In this document: positions 46,539 through 60,800 of the stretch, one piece after another | How the letters are laid out: each line of letters begins with the position of its first letter | How positions within the stretch are numbered: the stretch's first letter is position 1 | DNA from: Macrostomum lignano | Lineage: Eukaryota | Reading direction: 5' to 3' | DNA length: 64,000 bases | Assembly: GCA_002269645.1 (NCBI GenBank) | Contig: NIVC01000978.1 | Location: forward strand, 186,001-250,000 | The notes under the pieces: model-generated | Database searches by the model: none | The model's input: the letters and a program-made list of their open reading frames with translations, nothing else | What the model was told of the DNA's origin: nothing | Program-made: the position numbers and the translations under genes

Positions 46539-48183
46539 ATGGGTAAACCGGCAATTGCTGGCTGCTACTGCTGACTCCGGGATTCCAGCGGCCGGCGCTG
46601 AGGTTGCGTTTCAATTTTTGCACTCGGAGCTGGTCAGCTTCTTGCTGCGCGAACAGCTGCAGGGTGGCGGAGGAGGTCCCGCCACTGTTCAACAGTGCAG
46701 AGCCCAGCTATCCAAGCTGGAAACCATGGGCTTTCGAGTTGGCCAAGCCTACGTTGAAAAGATGACTAAAGATTTGCCGAGATTTCGAGACGATTTGGAG
46801 ATTGTGAAATTCCTCTGCAAAGATTTCTGGGCCAGTCTGTTTAAAAAGCAGGTGGACAACCTCAAGACTAATCACCAAGGTGTCTATGTGGTTATTGACG
46901 AGAAATTTTCCCTTCTAGTGCCCATGGCCAGAGGTAAGCTGCTAAAAGTGCTATCAATTTAAATTTTGCTTTGGATGTGATCTAGCATTTCCAATCTAAC
47001 ATTGTTTTACCTCATGAAGGTTCTCTACGAGCTAACTGAACTGTTTCACTTCGTCCTCATGAAGGTTCTCTACGAGCTAACTGAACTGTTTCACTTCGTC
47101 CTCATGAAGGTTCTCTACGAGCTAACTGAACTGTTTCACTTCGTCCTCATGAAGGTTCTCTACGAGCTAACTGAACTGTTTCACTTCGTCCTCATGAAGG
47201 TTCTCTACGAGCTAACTGAACTGTTTCACTTCTTCCTCATGAAGGTTCTCTACAAGTTACCAAAACAGAGCCCTATCCCAGATTTTTTAACCCGAAGGTT
47301 CGCCACCTGAATTTTTCACCTTCCCATGAAGGCTCTACCTGAACTGTTTCAGTCTCACGATGACTCACCTCATAAAGGCTCCCTATTTGGACTGTATCAC
47401 TTCATAAGGCTCTCTACCTGGGCTGTTCCACTTCATAAAGGCTCCCTACCTGGACTGTGCCACTTCATAAAGGCTCCCTACCTGGACTGTGCCACTTCAT
47501 AAAGGCTCCCTACCTGGACTGTGCCATTTCATAAAGGCTCCCTACATGGACTGTGCCATTTCATAAAGGCTCCCTACCTGGACTGTGCCACTTCATAAAG
47601 GCTCCCTACCTGGGCTGTGTCACTTCATAAGGCTCCCTACCTGGACTGTGCCACTTCATAAGGCTCCCTACCTGGACTGTGTCACTTCATAAGGCTCCCT
47701 ACCTGGACTGTGCCACTTCATAAGGCTCCCTACCTGGGCTGTGCCACTTCATAAAGGCTCCCTACCTGGACTGTGTCACCTCCTAAAGGCTCCCTACCTG
47801 GACTGTGTCACCTCCTAAAGGCTCCCTACCTGGGCTGTGCCACCTCCTAAAGGCTCCCTACCTGGACTGTGCCACTTCATAAAGGCTCTCTAACTGAAGT
47901 GTTTCACTAAAAGAATTTTTTCACTGAAACTGTACTTAAATATGTCTTAACATTTTGCAATATTTCAGTTTATCTTACCATGTTTAATTAACAATAGCAT
48001 ACAAAAATGCATTCTGAAACAGGTAAACAATACCTGGACCGGTGCCACCTGTACACAGCATTTCCCTGCGGTCTGATTCGCGGTGCCCTCACCAACCTGG
48101 GCCTCAGGGCCATTGTCACCGCCGAAGTTGAAGAATTGCCTCGAGTGAAATTTCAAATTCAGCTTGTTCAGCACTCGGCCTGA
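46539..48183 (+). CDS. TRAPPC6: TRAPP complex subunit 6 (Trs33/TRAPPC6). Exons ~46539-46933 and 48023-48183; start uncertain
   Basis: FQFLHSELV..KLETMGFRVGQ..RFRDDLEIVKFLCKDFW..FKKQVDNLKTNHQGVYV, G|GKQYL..AFPCGLIRGALTNLG..VTAEV. Phase-1 GT-AG intron. ATG 46539 is one base out of frame (possible extra G at 46560-46561). Confidence 0.92.
47010..47890. repeat. 45-bp (47010-47255) and 31-32-bp (47370-47890) minisatellites in TRAPPC6 intron
   Basis: Units cctcatgaaggttctctacgagctaactgaactgtttcacttcgt and cataaaggctccctacctggactgtgccactt. Confidence 0.92.
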
Positions 48184-48529
48184 TAATATTGTTATGATTG
48201 GACATTTATCTGTTTTTTCACATTGTCAGTTGTGTTGTGTATACAGTCAGTATTTGCTAACTAATAAATAACTAACTACTGAGAGTAAAGTACATGCTGA
48301 ACCACTGATTGAGGTTAGTTGAAACGTATGTATATTTTTGAACTAGCACAACAATTGCTATATTATTATATTCAATAATTTAGCTGCCCCTTTAAAAATG
48401 TGCAGATTTTCTTTGCAAAGAAATTAAATATACTATGCTTTAAGCATCTTCATTGTTATGAGTTAACTATTCATTTATTTTAATAATCAATACATGATTT
48501 CAGCGCCTAATTACAGTTAACTTAGGTAG

Positions 48530-49203
48530 CAGTACCCTACCCAAGTACCTGGGTTTGCAGGACCCTACCCTACTTGAATACCTGAGATTACAGGACCCTA
48601 CTTGAATACCTGAGATTACAGGACCCTACTTGAATACCTGAGATTACAGGACCCTACTTGAATACCTGAGATTACAGGACCCTACTCAAATACCTGAGAT
48701 TGCAGTACCCTACTCAAGTATTTGAGATTGCAAGACCCTACTCAAGTACCTGGGATTGCAGTACCCTACTCAAGTACCTGGGATTGCAGTACCCTACTCA
48801 AGTACCTGGGATTGCAGCACCCTACTCAAGTACCTGGGATTGCAGCACCCTACTCAAGTACCTGGGATTGCAGTACCCTACTCAAGTACCTAGGATTGCA
48901 GTACCCTACTCAAGTACCTGGGATTGCAGTACCCTACTCAAGTACCTGAGATTGCAGTACCCTACTCAAGTACCTGGGATTGCAGCACCCTACTCAAGTA
49001 CCTGGGATTGCAGCACCCTACTCAAGTACCTGGGATTGCAGCACCCTACTCAAGTACCTGGGATTGCAGTACCCTACTCAAGTACCTGGGATTGCAGCAC
49101 CCTACTCAAGTACCTGGGATTGCAGTACCCTACTCAAGTACCTGGGATTGCAGCACCCTACTCAAGTACCTGGGATTGCAGTACCCTACTCAAGTACCTG
49201 GTA
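48530..49203. repeat. 28-bp minisatellite (gtacctgggattgcagtaccctactcaa) between TRAPPC6 and TRUB2
   Basis: Direct tandem copies. Confidence 0.95.
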
Positions 49204-49284
49204 ATGAAGTAAATGGAGTAGAATGTACCTGAGGTTTTGTTGCCCTACTTAGTTCTGCCCTACCCACATGTACTAATTCTGCGC

Positions 49285-52200
49285 ATGCGATTCCTGCCAG
49301 CCAGCCAGCTCTATCGCAAGCTAAACGGCGTCCTCTGCATTTACAAGCCGCCTCACGTGTCGCCTCGTCAGTGCGTGAACGGCATTGTGCAGCAACTGTG
49401 CGACTCGCTTAACGACGGCCCGTTTGAACCGACTCGGCCATTCACTGAGGTGCGCCTCTAATACCTTTTAAATATTTCAGTGCCTTTACTAGGGTATATC
49501 CCTTGTTTCTCTTCCCTCCCCTCCCCTCTCTCCCCTCTCTTCCCTCTTCCTTCCCCTTTCTTCCCTCCCCTCTCTTCCCTCCCCTCTCTTCCCTCCCCTC
49601 TCTTCCCTCCCCTTTATTGCCTTCCCTCTCTTCCCTTCCCTCTCTTCCCTCCCCTCTCTTCCCTCCCTCTCTTCCCTCCCCTCTCTTCCCTCCCCTCTCT
49701 TCCCTCCCCTCTCTTCCCTCCCCTCTCTTCCCTCCCCTCTCTTCCCTCCCCTCTCTTCCCTCCCCTCTCTTCCCTCCCCTTTATTGCCTTCCCTCTCTTC
49801 CCTTCCCTCTCTTCCCTCCCCTCTCTTCCCTCCCCTCTCTTCCTCCCCTCTCTTCCTCCCCTCTCTTCCCTCCCCTCTCTTCCTCCCCTCTCTTCCCTCC
49901 CCTCTCTTCCCTCCCCTCTCTTCCCTCCCCTCTCTTACCTCCCTTTATTGCCTTCCCTCTCTTCCCTTCCCTCTCCTCCTCTTTCTTCTCTCCCTCTCTT
50001 CCCTCCCCTCTCTTCCCTCCCCTCTCTTCCCTCCCCTCTCTTCCCTCCCCTCTCTTCCCTCCCCTTTATTGCCTTCCCTCTCTTCCCTTCCCTCTCTTCC
50101 CTCCCCTCTCTTCCCTCCCCTCTCTTCCCTCCCCTCTCTTCCCTCCCCTTTATTGCCTTCCCTCTCTTCCCTTCCCTCTCCTCCTCTTTCTTCTCTCCCC
50201 TCTCTTCCCTCCCCTCTCTTCCCTCCCCTCTCTTCCTCCCCTCTCTTCCTCCCCTCTCTCCCCCTCTCTTCCCTCCCCTCTCTTCCCTCCCCTTTCTTGC
50301 CTTCCCTCTCTTCCCTCCCTCTCTTCCCTCCCCTCTCTTCCCTCCCCTCTCTTCCCTCCCCTTTATTGCCTTCCCTCTCTTCCCTTCCCTCTCTTCCCTC
50401 CCCTCTCTTCCCTCCCCTCTCTTCCCTCCCCTCTCTTCCCTCCCCTCTCTTCCCTCCCCTCTCTTCCCTCCCCTCTCTTCCTCCCCTCTCTTCCCTCCCC
50501 TCTCTTCCCTCCCCTCTCTTCCCTCCCCTCTCTTCCCTCCCTTTATTGCCTTCCCTCTCTTCCCTTCCCTCTCCTCCTCTTTCTTCTCTCCCCTCTCTTC
50601 CCTCCCCTCTCTTCCCTCCCTCTCTTCCCTCCCTCTCTTCCCTCCCCTCTCTTCCCTCCCTCTCTTCCCTCCCCTTTATTGCCTTCCCTCTCTTCCCTTC
50701 CCTCTCCTCCTCTTTCTTCTCTCCCCTCTCTTCCCTCCCCTCTCTTCCCTCCCCTCTCTTCCCTCCCCTCTCTTCCCTCCCCTCTCTTCCCTCCCTCTCT
50801 CCCCTCTCTTCCCTCCCTCTCTTCCCTCCCCTTTCTTGCCTTCCCTCTCTTCCCTTCCCTCTCCTCCTCTTTCTTCTCTCCCTCTCTTCCCTCCCCTCTT
50901 CGCCCCTCTCTTCCTCCCCTTTCTTGCCTCCCCTCTCTTCCCTCCCCTCTCTTCCCTCCCCTCTCTTCCCTCCCCTCTCTTCCCTCCCCTCTATTCCCTC
51001 CCCTCTCTTCCCTCCCCTCTCTTCCCTCCCCTCTCTTCCCTCCCTCTCTTCCCTCCCCTCTCTTCCCTTCCCTTTCTTGCCTTCCCTCTCTTCCCTCCCC
51101 TCTCTTCCCTCCCCTCTCTTCCCTCCCCTCTCTTCCCTCCCTCTCTTCCCTCCCCTCTCTTCCCTCCCCTCTCTTCCCTCCCCTCTCTCCCCCTCTCTTC
51201 CCTCCCCTCTCTTCCCTCCCCTTTCTTGCCTTCCCTCTCTTCCCTTCCCTCTCCTCCTCTTTCTTCTCTCCCCTCTCTTCCCTCCCCTCTCTTCCCTCCC
51301 CTCTCTTCCCTCCCCTCTCTTCCCTCCCCTCTCTTCCCTCCCTCTCTTCCCTCCCCTCTCTCCCCCTCTCTTCCCTCCCTCTCTTCCCTCCCCTTTCTTG
51401 CCTTCCCTCTCTTCCCTTCCCTCTCCTCCTCTTTCTTCTCTCCCCTCTCTTCCCTCCCCTCTTCGCCCCTCTCTTCCCTCCCCTCTCTTCCCTCCCTCTC
51501 TTCCCTCCCCTCTCTTCCCTCCCCTCTCTTCCCTCCCTCTCTTCCCTCCCCTCTCTTCCCTCCCCTCTCTTCCCTCCCCTCTCTTCCCTCCCCTCTCTTC
51601 CCTCCCCTCTCTTCCCTCCCCTCTCTTCCCTCCCCTCTCTTCCCTCCCCTTTCTTGCCTTCCCTCTCTTCCCTCCCCTCTCTTCCCTCCCCTCTCTTCCC
51701 TTCCCTCTCTTCCCTCCCCTTTCTTGCCTTCCCTCTCTTCCCTTCCCTCTCCTCCTCTTTATTCTCTCCCCTCTCTTCCCTCCCCTCTCTCCCAGGCCCC
51801 AAGGCACGGTGTTTATGTTTACATCCTGCCTGGCGATCAGACAGTCAGGGCCGCTGTTCGCCCTGGCTGCGTACGCATAAGTGTGCTTGCGCAGGGGTTA
51901 TCAGGAGGCATAACAGCTTTGCCTTGATCCTCACAACTACTTGATCCTCACAAGGAATTTACAGAGCTTATTTTCTAATTCAAACTCACATTCGTCTCAC
52001 CAGGTGATACGTCAACCAGCAGCTATTGAGCAGCCGTCGCATGGGCAAACTCAAATTGGCTCCCCAGCTTCCCCAGCAGCATCAGTTGAGTCCATCAGCC
52101 ATCGCCTAGTTGCCAGGCCGGATCTACGCAGTCTCAGCCAAGTGGCCGGCCCAGCCTTTGTCCCCGGCTCGAGTTTCCCCTTCACAGTGGCTGACCCGCT

Positions 52201-53434
52201 GTCCGACTGGTGCTCCGGCGTCCAGCTGGTCGGTCTCGGCCGTCGCGGCATCATCGCCTGCGAGCTTCTTGAGCGTCAGCGCCTATTGAAAGTGTACAGA
52301 GTCCGCGCTGTGCTAGGCAGGGCTACTCACGACTGTACGGGTGACGGCACCATCGTGTTGAGAACTACTTGGCGTCACGTGACTCCGGCTATGCTTGAGA
52401 GAGTCTGCACCGTGGTCGAGGCCGGCTATAAGCGGCAGCTGCTGGTAGGGCACTTCCATCGACTGGTGGTCTATTTCAATAGATTAAGACTAGATTCGAG
52501 TAGATTGGGACTAGATTCGAGTAGATTGGGACTAGATTCGAGTAGATTGAGACTAGATTCGAGGAGATTGGGACTAGATTCAAGTAGATTAAGACTAGAT
52601 TCGAGTAGATTGGGACTAGATTCAAATTGATTAAGACTAGATTCGGGTAGATTAAGACTAGATTCAAGTGGATTGAGACTAGATTCAAATTGATTAAGAC
52701 TAGATTCGAGTAGATTGGGACTAGACTCGAGTAGATTGAGACTAGATTCGAGTAGATTAAGACTAGATTAGAGTAGATTGGGACTAGATTCAAGTAGGTT
52801 AAGACTAGATTCGAGTAGATTGGGACTAGATTCAAATGAATTAAGACTAGATTCCTTCTAATCTCTTGGTGAAAAGCAACCGCAACAATTCCCCTTGCAA
52901 TTCCCCCCGTAGGCCGGCCTCCGCAATAATACCCGGGCCGCCTACGCCGCACTGGCAGCCGAAGGCGGCAGCGTTCACCGCGCCGCCCGTCAACACCTGG
53001 GCGGTCCCAGCGTGTACGCGATGCGCCTTGTTGCCTGGGATCCGCCTGGCTTCGAGCTGGAGTTCCACGTGCTGCACGAGACGCCCGGCTTCCTGCTCGA
53101 GCTGGTTGCCGACGTCGGCACCCGAGTGAAATCGTCGGCCTTCTGCGCCAGGATTCGCCGACTAAGGCACGGCCCGTTCAGCGCCGCCAAGCACAGCTTG
53201 CTGCCAGAAGAGGTCACCTTGAACTCGGCTATCAGTAACTTGAGCTGGTTGCCAAGGCTGATGCCGAAGCTGGTTGTGGGCGATGAGGAGCTGCCGGAGG
53301 CTGTGCTGACCGCAGCGGAACCGTTGGACTCTTCGCTGAAGCCGGCGCCGTCAAAGAAGCAGCGTCGAAAGAAGAGCCGGGCGGCAGTCGAGTTGAATGA
53401 GACAGCAACTGAAAGCCTGAAGATGAGTGACTGA
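49285..53434 (+). CDS. TRUB2: TruB-family pseudouridine synthase 2 (mitochondrial type), ~375 aa. Exons 49285-49449, 52004-52444, 52913-53434
   Basis: KLNGVLCIYKPP, GPAF..SGVQLVGLG, KVYRVRAVLGRAT.D..DG.IV..TTWRHVT, PPGFELEFHVLHET, SSAFCARIRRLRHGPF, resembling recalled TRUB2. Both introns phase 0, GT-AG. Confidence 0.88.
49510..51795. repeat. 2.3-kb polypyrimidine 14-bp repeat (ccctcccctctctt) in TRUB2 intron 1
   Basis: Almost pure C/T on the plus strand; explains the LPSLPS/GREER ORFs. Confidence 0.96.
52480..52855. repeat. 21-bp minisatellite (gactagattcgagtagattgg) in TRUB2 intron 2
   Basis: Direct tandem copies. Confidence 0.93.
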
Positions 53435-53627
53435 TCTGGCGGAAGCCGGGTCGAGTCTTTTTTAATTAGACTAAACAGAGTTGGCAACCATCTGCGGTGC
53501 CTTTAATCATTATAAGACTTTGTGCATGATGTAAATAAAAATTGTGGATGTGAACTGTTGGCATTTTATAGCTCATGTTTAGTATTTCTATGAAGCTTTT
53601 AGAGTTGTTTATTATTTGTTTATTTGT

Positions 53628-54687
<1,060 letters not shown>

Positions 54688-54805
54688 ATGTGGTTGATGG
54701 ACATTCAAGAAGTAAATTTTCTCACATATTGCAGCCACTGCCAAGCTAACGCTACTGAGTAAAAGAGATAAGGAAACCAGGCACTGAAGGACAAACTTTA
54801 TCAGC

Positions 54806-57800
54806 ATGGCGACAGCCTCGCCCGTGGCAACAGCCGCCGCCGCGGTGGCTCCCGGCTCCAACAGAGGCACTCCTCAGCATCAGCACCATCAAAACCATCG
54901 CCGCCAATTCTACGGGGTCCGAATCCCGGTTGAAGAGGATCCCGAAAATTTTGTCCCAGTAGCCAATGCCGACAGTCCGGCAAATGCGACCGGCGGTTCC
55001 GGTGAGAAGTTTTTCACAGCCTCAGTCAGCTCCATCGATCGCGAGTTCGCGCCCAAGCCGCCGTTCCGGTTGCCGCCGTCGTGGATTCCAATTGACCACA
55101 CCAGCGGCCTCACTATGTACCTGCACAAGCCCACTAAGGTGGTCACGCTGGCCAGGTGAGTTAGGCACCTCAGACCCATCCTCAAACCCATCCTCAGACC
55201 CATCCTCAGACCCATCCTCAGACCCATCTTCAGACCCATCCTCAGACCCATCCTCAGACCCATCTCCAGACTCATCTTCAGACCCATATTCAGACCCATC
55301 CTCAGACCCATCTTCAGACCCATCCTTAGACCCATCCCTAAACCCATCTTCAGACCCATCCTCTGACCCATCCTCAGACCCATCCTCAGACCCATCCACA
55401 GACCCATCCTCAGACCCATCCCCAAACCCATCCACAGACCCATCCTCTGACCCATCCTCAGACCCATCCACAGACCCATCCTCTGACCCATCCTCAGACC
55501 CATCCACAGACCCATCCTCAGACCCATCCTCAGACCCATCTTCAGACCCATCCCCAAACCCATCCACAGACCCATCCTCTGACCCATCCTCAGACCCATC
55601 CTCTGACCCACCCTCTGACCCATCCTCAGACCCATCCACAGACCCATCCTCAGACCCATCCTCTGACCCATCCTCTGACCCATCCTCAAACCCATTCTTC
55701 GACTCATTGTCAAGCCATTTATCCAGTCACGTCCTCGAACTCAACTTCGGACCACTTAGATGTCCATAGTACCTGTCAGTTGTATCCGTAGACTCATATC
55801 TAAGTTTAATTTTTTTATTTTCTAGCATGATTCCTACTTACAAACATTGTTAAAACTTCAGGCCGTACTTTGCCGGCTCCGTGGCCCTGCGCAATCACCT
55901 CATACCAGTGGCCTGTCTGCCCTGTCTAGGCTACAGACGCGGCCTGGAAGCTGCTGGTCTGTTGTCCTCAAATTCGGCATCATCAAAAGCTTCTAGAGGC
56001 GTTCAGACCGACTGCGACATGGTCGACATTGTCCTGCCTTTGTCGACGGACTCTCCTCAGTCGGCTGAGCCGCAGCCGCAGCCGCAGCAGCAGCCAGCGC
56101 AAGATGGCATTGAATCTGGGAAAGAACAACTAGAAGTGCCAAATGCTGCCGTTGCCGAAGACTCTCCCGCCGCTCCCGCTGCTCCCGCCGCCCCCGCCGA
56201 AAATTCTGACGCCGAGGAAGGCGAAATCACTTCGTCGGAGGACGGTAACGATAGTGATGACGCCGACAAAGACAAGAAAAAGAAAGATGATGGCAGTAGT
56301 GTTAATAACGGTAGTAGGAAGCGGCCGGTCGAAGTGGCCGCCACATCGGTTGACAATAAACGACCTCGATGGACATCGTCAACTTCGTTGGAGACCCCGA
56401 CACAACCGCCGTCATCTCCGCCGCCGCCACCGCCGCCGCCACCGCCTCGTCTTCCGTCGTCTTCTATCAGCATCTGTCCAGCGTCTTCCAGCAGAGGCGG
56501 CGCCGTGTACCTGAGTCACGCGGAAGTGCGAGAGTACTGCCGCCGGCTGTTCCTGTACAAAACTGAACAGAGACAGCTGTGCCAGCACCCGGGACAGTCT
56601 AGGTTGGTTCCACTTAAAAGAGATCGCCTACTGAATAGTATCTTGTTCTACCATGCTGAGGGGGAACTGTTTACTATGCTGAGGGGGAACTGTTCTAACA
56701 TGCTGATGGGGAACTGTTCTAACATGCTGATGGGGAACTGTTCTAACATGCTGATGGGGAACTGTTTACTATGCTGAGGGGGAACTGTTCTAACATGCTG
56801 ATGGGGAACTGTTCTAACATGCTGATGGGGAACTGTTCTAACATGCTGAGGGTGAACTGTTCTAACATGCTGAGGGTGAACTGTTCTAACATGCTGAGGG
56901 TGAACTGTTCTAACATGCTGAGGGTGAACTGTTCTAACATGCTGAGGGTGAACTATTCTACCATGCTGAGGGTGAACTATTCTACCATGCTGAGGGTGAA
57001 CTATTCTACCATGCTGAGGGTGAACTATTCTACCATGCTGAGGGAGAACTATTCTACCATGCTGAGGGAGAACTATTCTACCATGCTGAGGGGGAACTGT
57101 TCTACCATGCTGATGGGGAACTGTTCTAACATGCTGATGGGGAACTTCTACCATGCTGAGGGAGAACTATTCTACCATGCTGAGGGGGAACTGTTCTACC
57201 ATGCTGAGGGGGAACTGTTCTAACATGCTGATGGGGAACTTCTACCATGCTCAGGGAGAACTATTCTACCATGCTGAGGGGGAACTGTTCTAACATGCTG
57301 ATGGGGAACTTCTACCATGCTGATGGGGAACTGTTCTAACATGCTGATGGGGAACTGTTCTAACATGCTGATGGGGAACTTCTACCATGCTGAGGGGGAA
57401 CTGTTCTAACATGCTGATGGGGAACTTCTACCATGCTGAGGGGGAACTGTTCTAACATGCTGATGGGGAACTGTTCTAACATGCTGATGGGGAACTGTTC
57501 TAACATGCTGATGGGGAACTGTTTTAACATGCTGATGGGGAACTGTTCTAACATGCTGATGGGGAACTTCTACCATGCTCAGGGAGAACTATTCTACCAT
57601 GCTGAGGGGGAACTGTTCTAACATGCTGATGGGGAACTGTTCTAACATGCTGATGGGGAACTTCTACCATGCTGAGGGGGAACTGTTTACTATGCTGAGG
57701 GGGAACTGTTTTCCATGCTGAGGGGGAACTGTTCAAATGCCTCACTTTTTGAAGGGCTCATCAATTGTCAGTTGTACTGAACGGCCCCCAATGGGGGGGG

Positions 57801-60800
57801 GGCAGTCAGCTAGTCTAAATATACTAAAAATTCTAAATCAAACATATTCGTCAACCTTTGCAGACCAGTCCAGCTGCCTCAGGTGCTGCCGCCGCAGGCA
57901 TCCGCTGCCGTGGCAGGCTCAACCGAAGACACCCCGGGCGATAGTAGCATCGAATGCTCGCCTTTTGCTGCTGCTTCTGCGTCAACTTCACCGACTGCTG
58001 CTCAACAACAGCAGCAGAAGCAGCAGCAGCAGCCGCCTGGCCATCCGCAGCAACCATCTCCGTCTCCATCTCGCGTATCCTACCCAAACTCCAGTCGTCC
58101 CGGCGTCCGTGATACTTTAAACAGCAAATTAATTCTGGTGAATTCGGATACTGGCCGGAGGGAGCGGCTCATTAATCCGGTTGGCAAAATGCCTGCCAGC
58201 GTTATTGCCGATTTGCAGGTGCGAATGTTTTCAAGTTTGGGCAGGAGATAAAGTGGTGATAGAAGTAGATAGAGGGGTTGGCAGTGAGGGACGTAGAGGG
58301 GTAGGCAGTGAGGGAGATGAAGGGGTAGACAGTGAGGGAGATAGAGGGGTAGGCAGTGAGAGAGATAGATGGGTAGGCAGTGAGGAAGATAGAGGGGTAG
58401 GCAGTGATGGAGATAGAGGGGTAGGCAGTAAGAGAGATAGATGGGTAGGCAGTGAGGAAGATAGAGGGGTAGGCAGTGATGGAGATAGAGGGGTAGGCAG
58501 TGAGGAAGATAGAGGGGTAGGCAGTGATGGAGATAGAGGGGTAGGCAGTAAGAGAGATAGATGGGTAGGCAGTGAGGAAGATAGAGGGGTAGGCAGTGAT
58601 GGAGATAGAGGGGTAGGCAGTGAGGAAGATAGAGGGGTAGGCAGTAATGGAGATAGAGGGGTAGGCGAAGAGGAAGATAGAGGGGTAGGCAGTGAGAGAG
58701 ATGAAGGGGTAGGCAGAGAGGGAGATAGAGGGGTAGGCAGTGAGGGAGATTGAGGGGTAGGCGGAGAGGGAGATTGAGGGGTAGGCAGAGAGGGAGATTG
58801 AGGGGTAGGCAGAGAGGGAGATAAGGGGTAGGCAGAGAGGGAGATAAAGGGGTAGGCAGAGAGGGAGATTGAGGGGTAGGCAGAGAGGGAGATTGAGGGG
58901 TAGGCAGAGAGGGAGATAAAGGGTAGGCAGTGAGGGAGATTGAGGGGTAGGCAGAGAGGGAGATTGAGGGGTAGGTAGAGAGGGAGATTGAGGGGTAGGC
59001 AGAGAGGGAGATTGAGGGGTAGGTGGAGAGGGATATAGAGAAGAGTTGGAGAGTCGGGGAGGGACATTGAGAGATAACAGGAGAGATGCTGAGAAATAGA
59101 TGGAGATAGAGATATAGACACCGGCAAAGGAAGTGGATCGATAGTAAGGATGAGAAGGAATTGCTCCCCAAGTTATTAAGAGTTTGTCGATATGTTAACA
59201 AAACAACTGCCTGCACCCCGCACGTTCCAGGTCGCACCCGACCGACAATTTCGCTACGAGTACCAGCGCATATCCGACACGGAGCTCCGCTGCAACCTGC
59301 TCAGCCACGACGGCCGCCAGCTGGGCACCGGAGTTGGCAAGAACAAGCGCCTAGCCAGGCACATGGCTGCTCTCAGCGGCCTGGAAACTCTGGCGCCGAA
59401 CTTCGATCAGTTCAAGGACGACTTGTTGAAGCATCCTTCTTTGGTTGGGACTGGGTCCGCCGCTGCCGCCGCCTCTGCGGATAAAGAGTCTGGTGAGTTT
59501 GGTTGATATTTGATCTGCATGGGTCTGATTGACCTACCTGAGTCTGATTACCCACTTAAGTCTGATTGACCCACTTGAGTCTGGTTGACCCACTTGAGTC
59601 GGATTGACCTACCTGAGTCTGATTGACCTACGAGTCGGATACCTACCTGAGTCTGATTGACCTACCTGAGTCTGATTGACCTACCTGAGTCTGGTTGACC
59701 CACTTGAGTCTGATTGACCCACTTGAGTCTGATTGACCCACTTGAGTCTAGTTGACTCACTTGAGTCGGATTGACCTACCTGAGTCTGATTGACCTACCT
59801 GAGTCTGATTGACCTACCTGAGTCGGATTGACCTACCTGAGTCTGATTCACCCACTTGATTCTGATTGACCTATCTGAGTCTGATTGACCTACTTGAGTC
59901 TGTTGACCTACCTGAGTCTGATTGACCTACCTGAGTCTGACTGACCTACCTGAGTCTGATTCACCCACTTGATTCTGATTGACCTATCTGAGTCTGATTG
60001 ACCCACTTGAGTCTGGTTGACCCACTTGAGTCGGATTGACCTACCTGAGTCTGATTGACCTACCTGAGTCTGATTGACCTACCTGAGTCGGATTGACCTA
60101 CCTGGGTCTGATTGACCCACTTGATTCTTATTGACCCACTTGATTCTGATTGACCCAGCTCGTATTTCTATCTATCCTTAACCAATGCGAATGCATGATA
60201 TCCATTTTTTCCTACTTAAACTACATAAATCCAACTATTCGGCTATATTATTGACGCTTCTAATTGCATTTTTCCGCTAGAGTCTACCTATAACTATCTA
60301 CGTGTTGCTATAAAAATGACAAAATTCCAATCCCAACCTGCACCCATTAATTTGACAATCCGCAGGCGGCGGCAGTTCAATGGATCAGACAAAATCAGAT
60401 AAAAAATCACAGCAGAATCGCGGGCGACCAGACGTCGGCAACAAGTCGGTGCAAAACACCGGCCGCCCGCAGCAGCAGCAGCCTCCGTCGCCCTCGTCGA
60501 CAGCCGCCGCCTCCGCGGATTCGTCGGACCAGCCAGCCGAGGTGCCCGACGATTTCAAATCGATTGGCAGCTCGGATCCCAGAGCGGTTGAGCTGTTGAA
60601 ACGGCACAAACTGCCCAGAATGCGCTGTCTATTAAGCGACTATATGCGCCGCTATTGCATAGAGGAAAGCGAATTAAGAATCGAATACTCCACCTGCGCC
60701 CCGGCAACTAATAATCCAGCATCCGGTCGGCATCATCATCATCATCACCGGCCGCATCAGCAGCACACCTGCTGCCTAACCCTGCGCGGCAGTCAGTCCG

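Noticed and set aside
51796-51940. Possible intronic snoRNA or extra TRUB2 exon
   Set aside because: No proper H box or C/D boxes were found, and exons 1 and 2 already join in phase with full homology.
49480-51944. 600-815-aa ORFs (LPSLPS.. / GREER..)
   Set aside because: They are translations of the polypyrimidine repeat in TRUB2 intron 1.
54910-55769. SDPS/DGSE/MGLR repeat ORFs resembling surface proteins
   Set aside because: They arise from the 12-bp array inside DGCR8 intron 1, which is bounded by phase-matched GT-AG sites.
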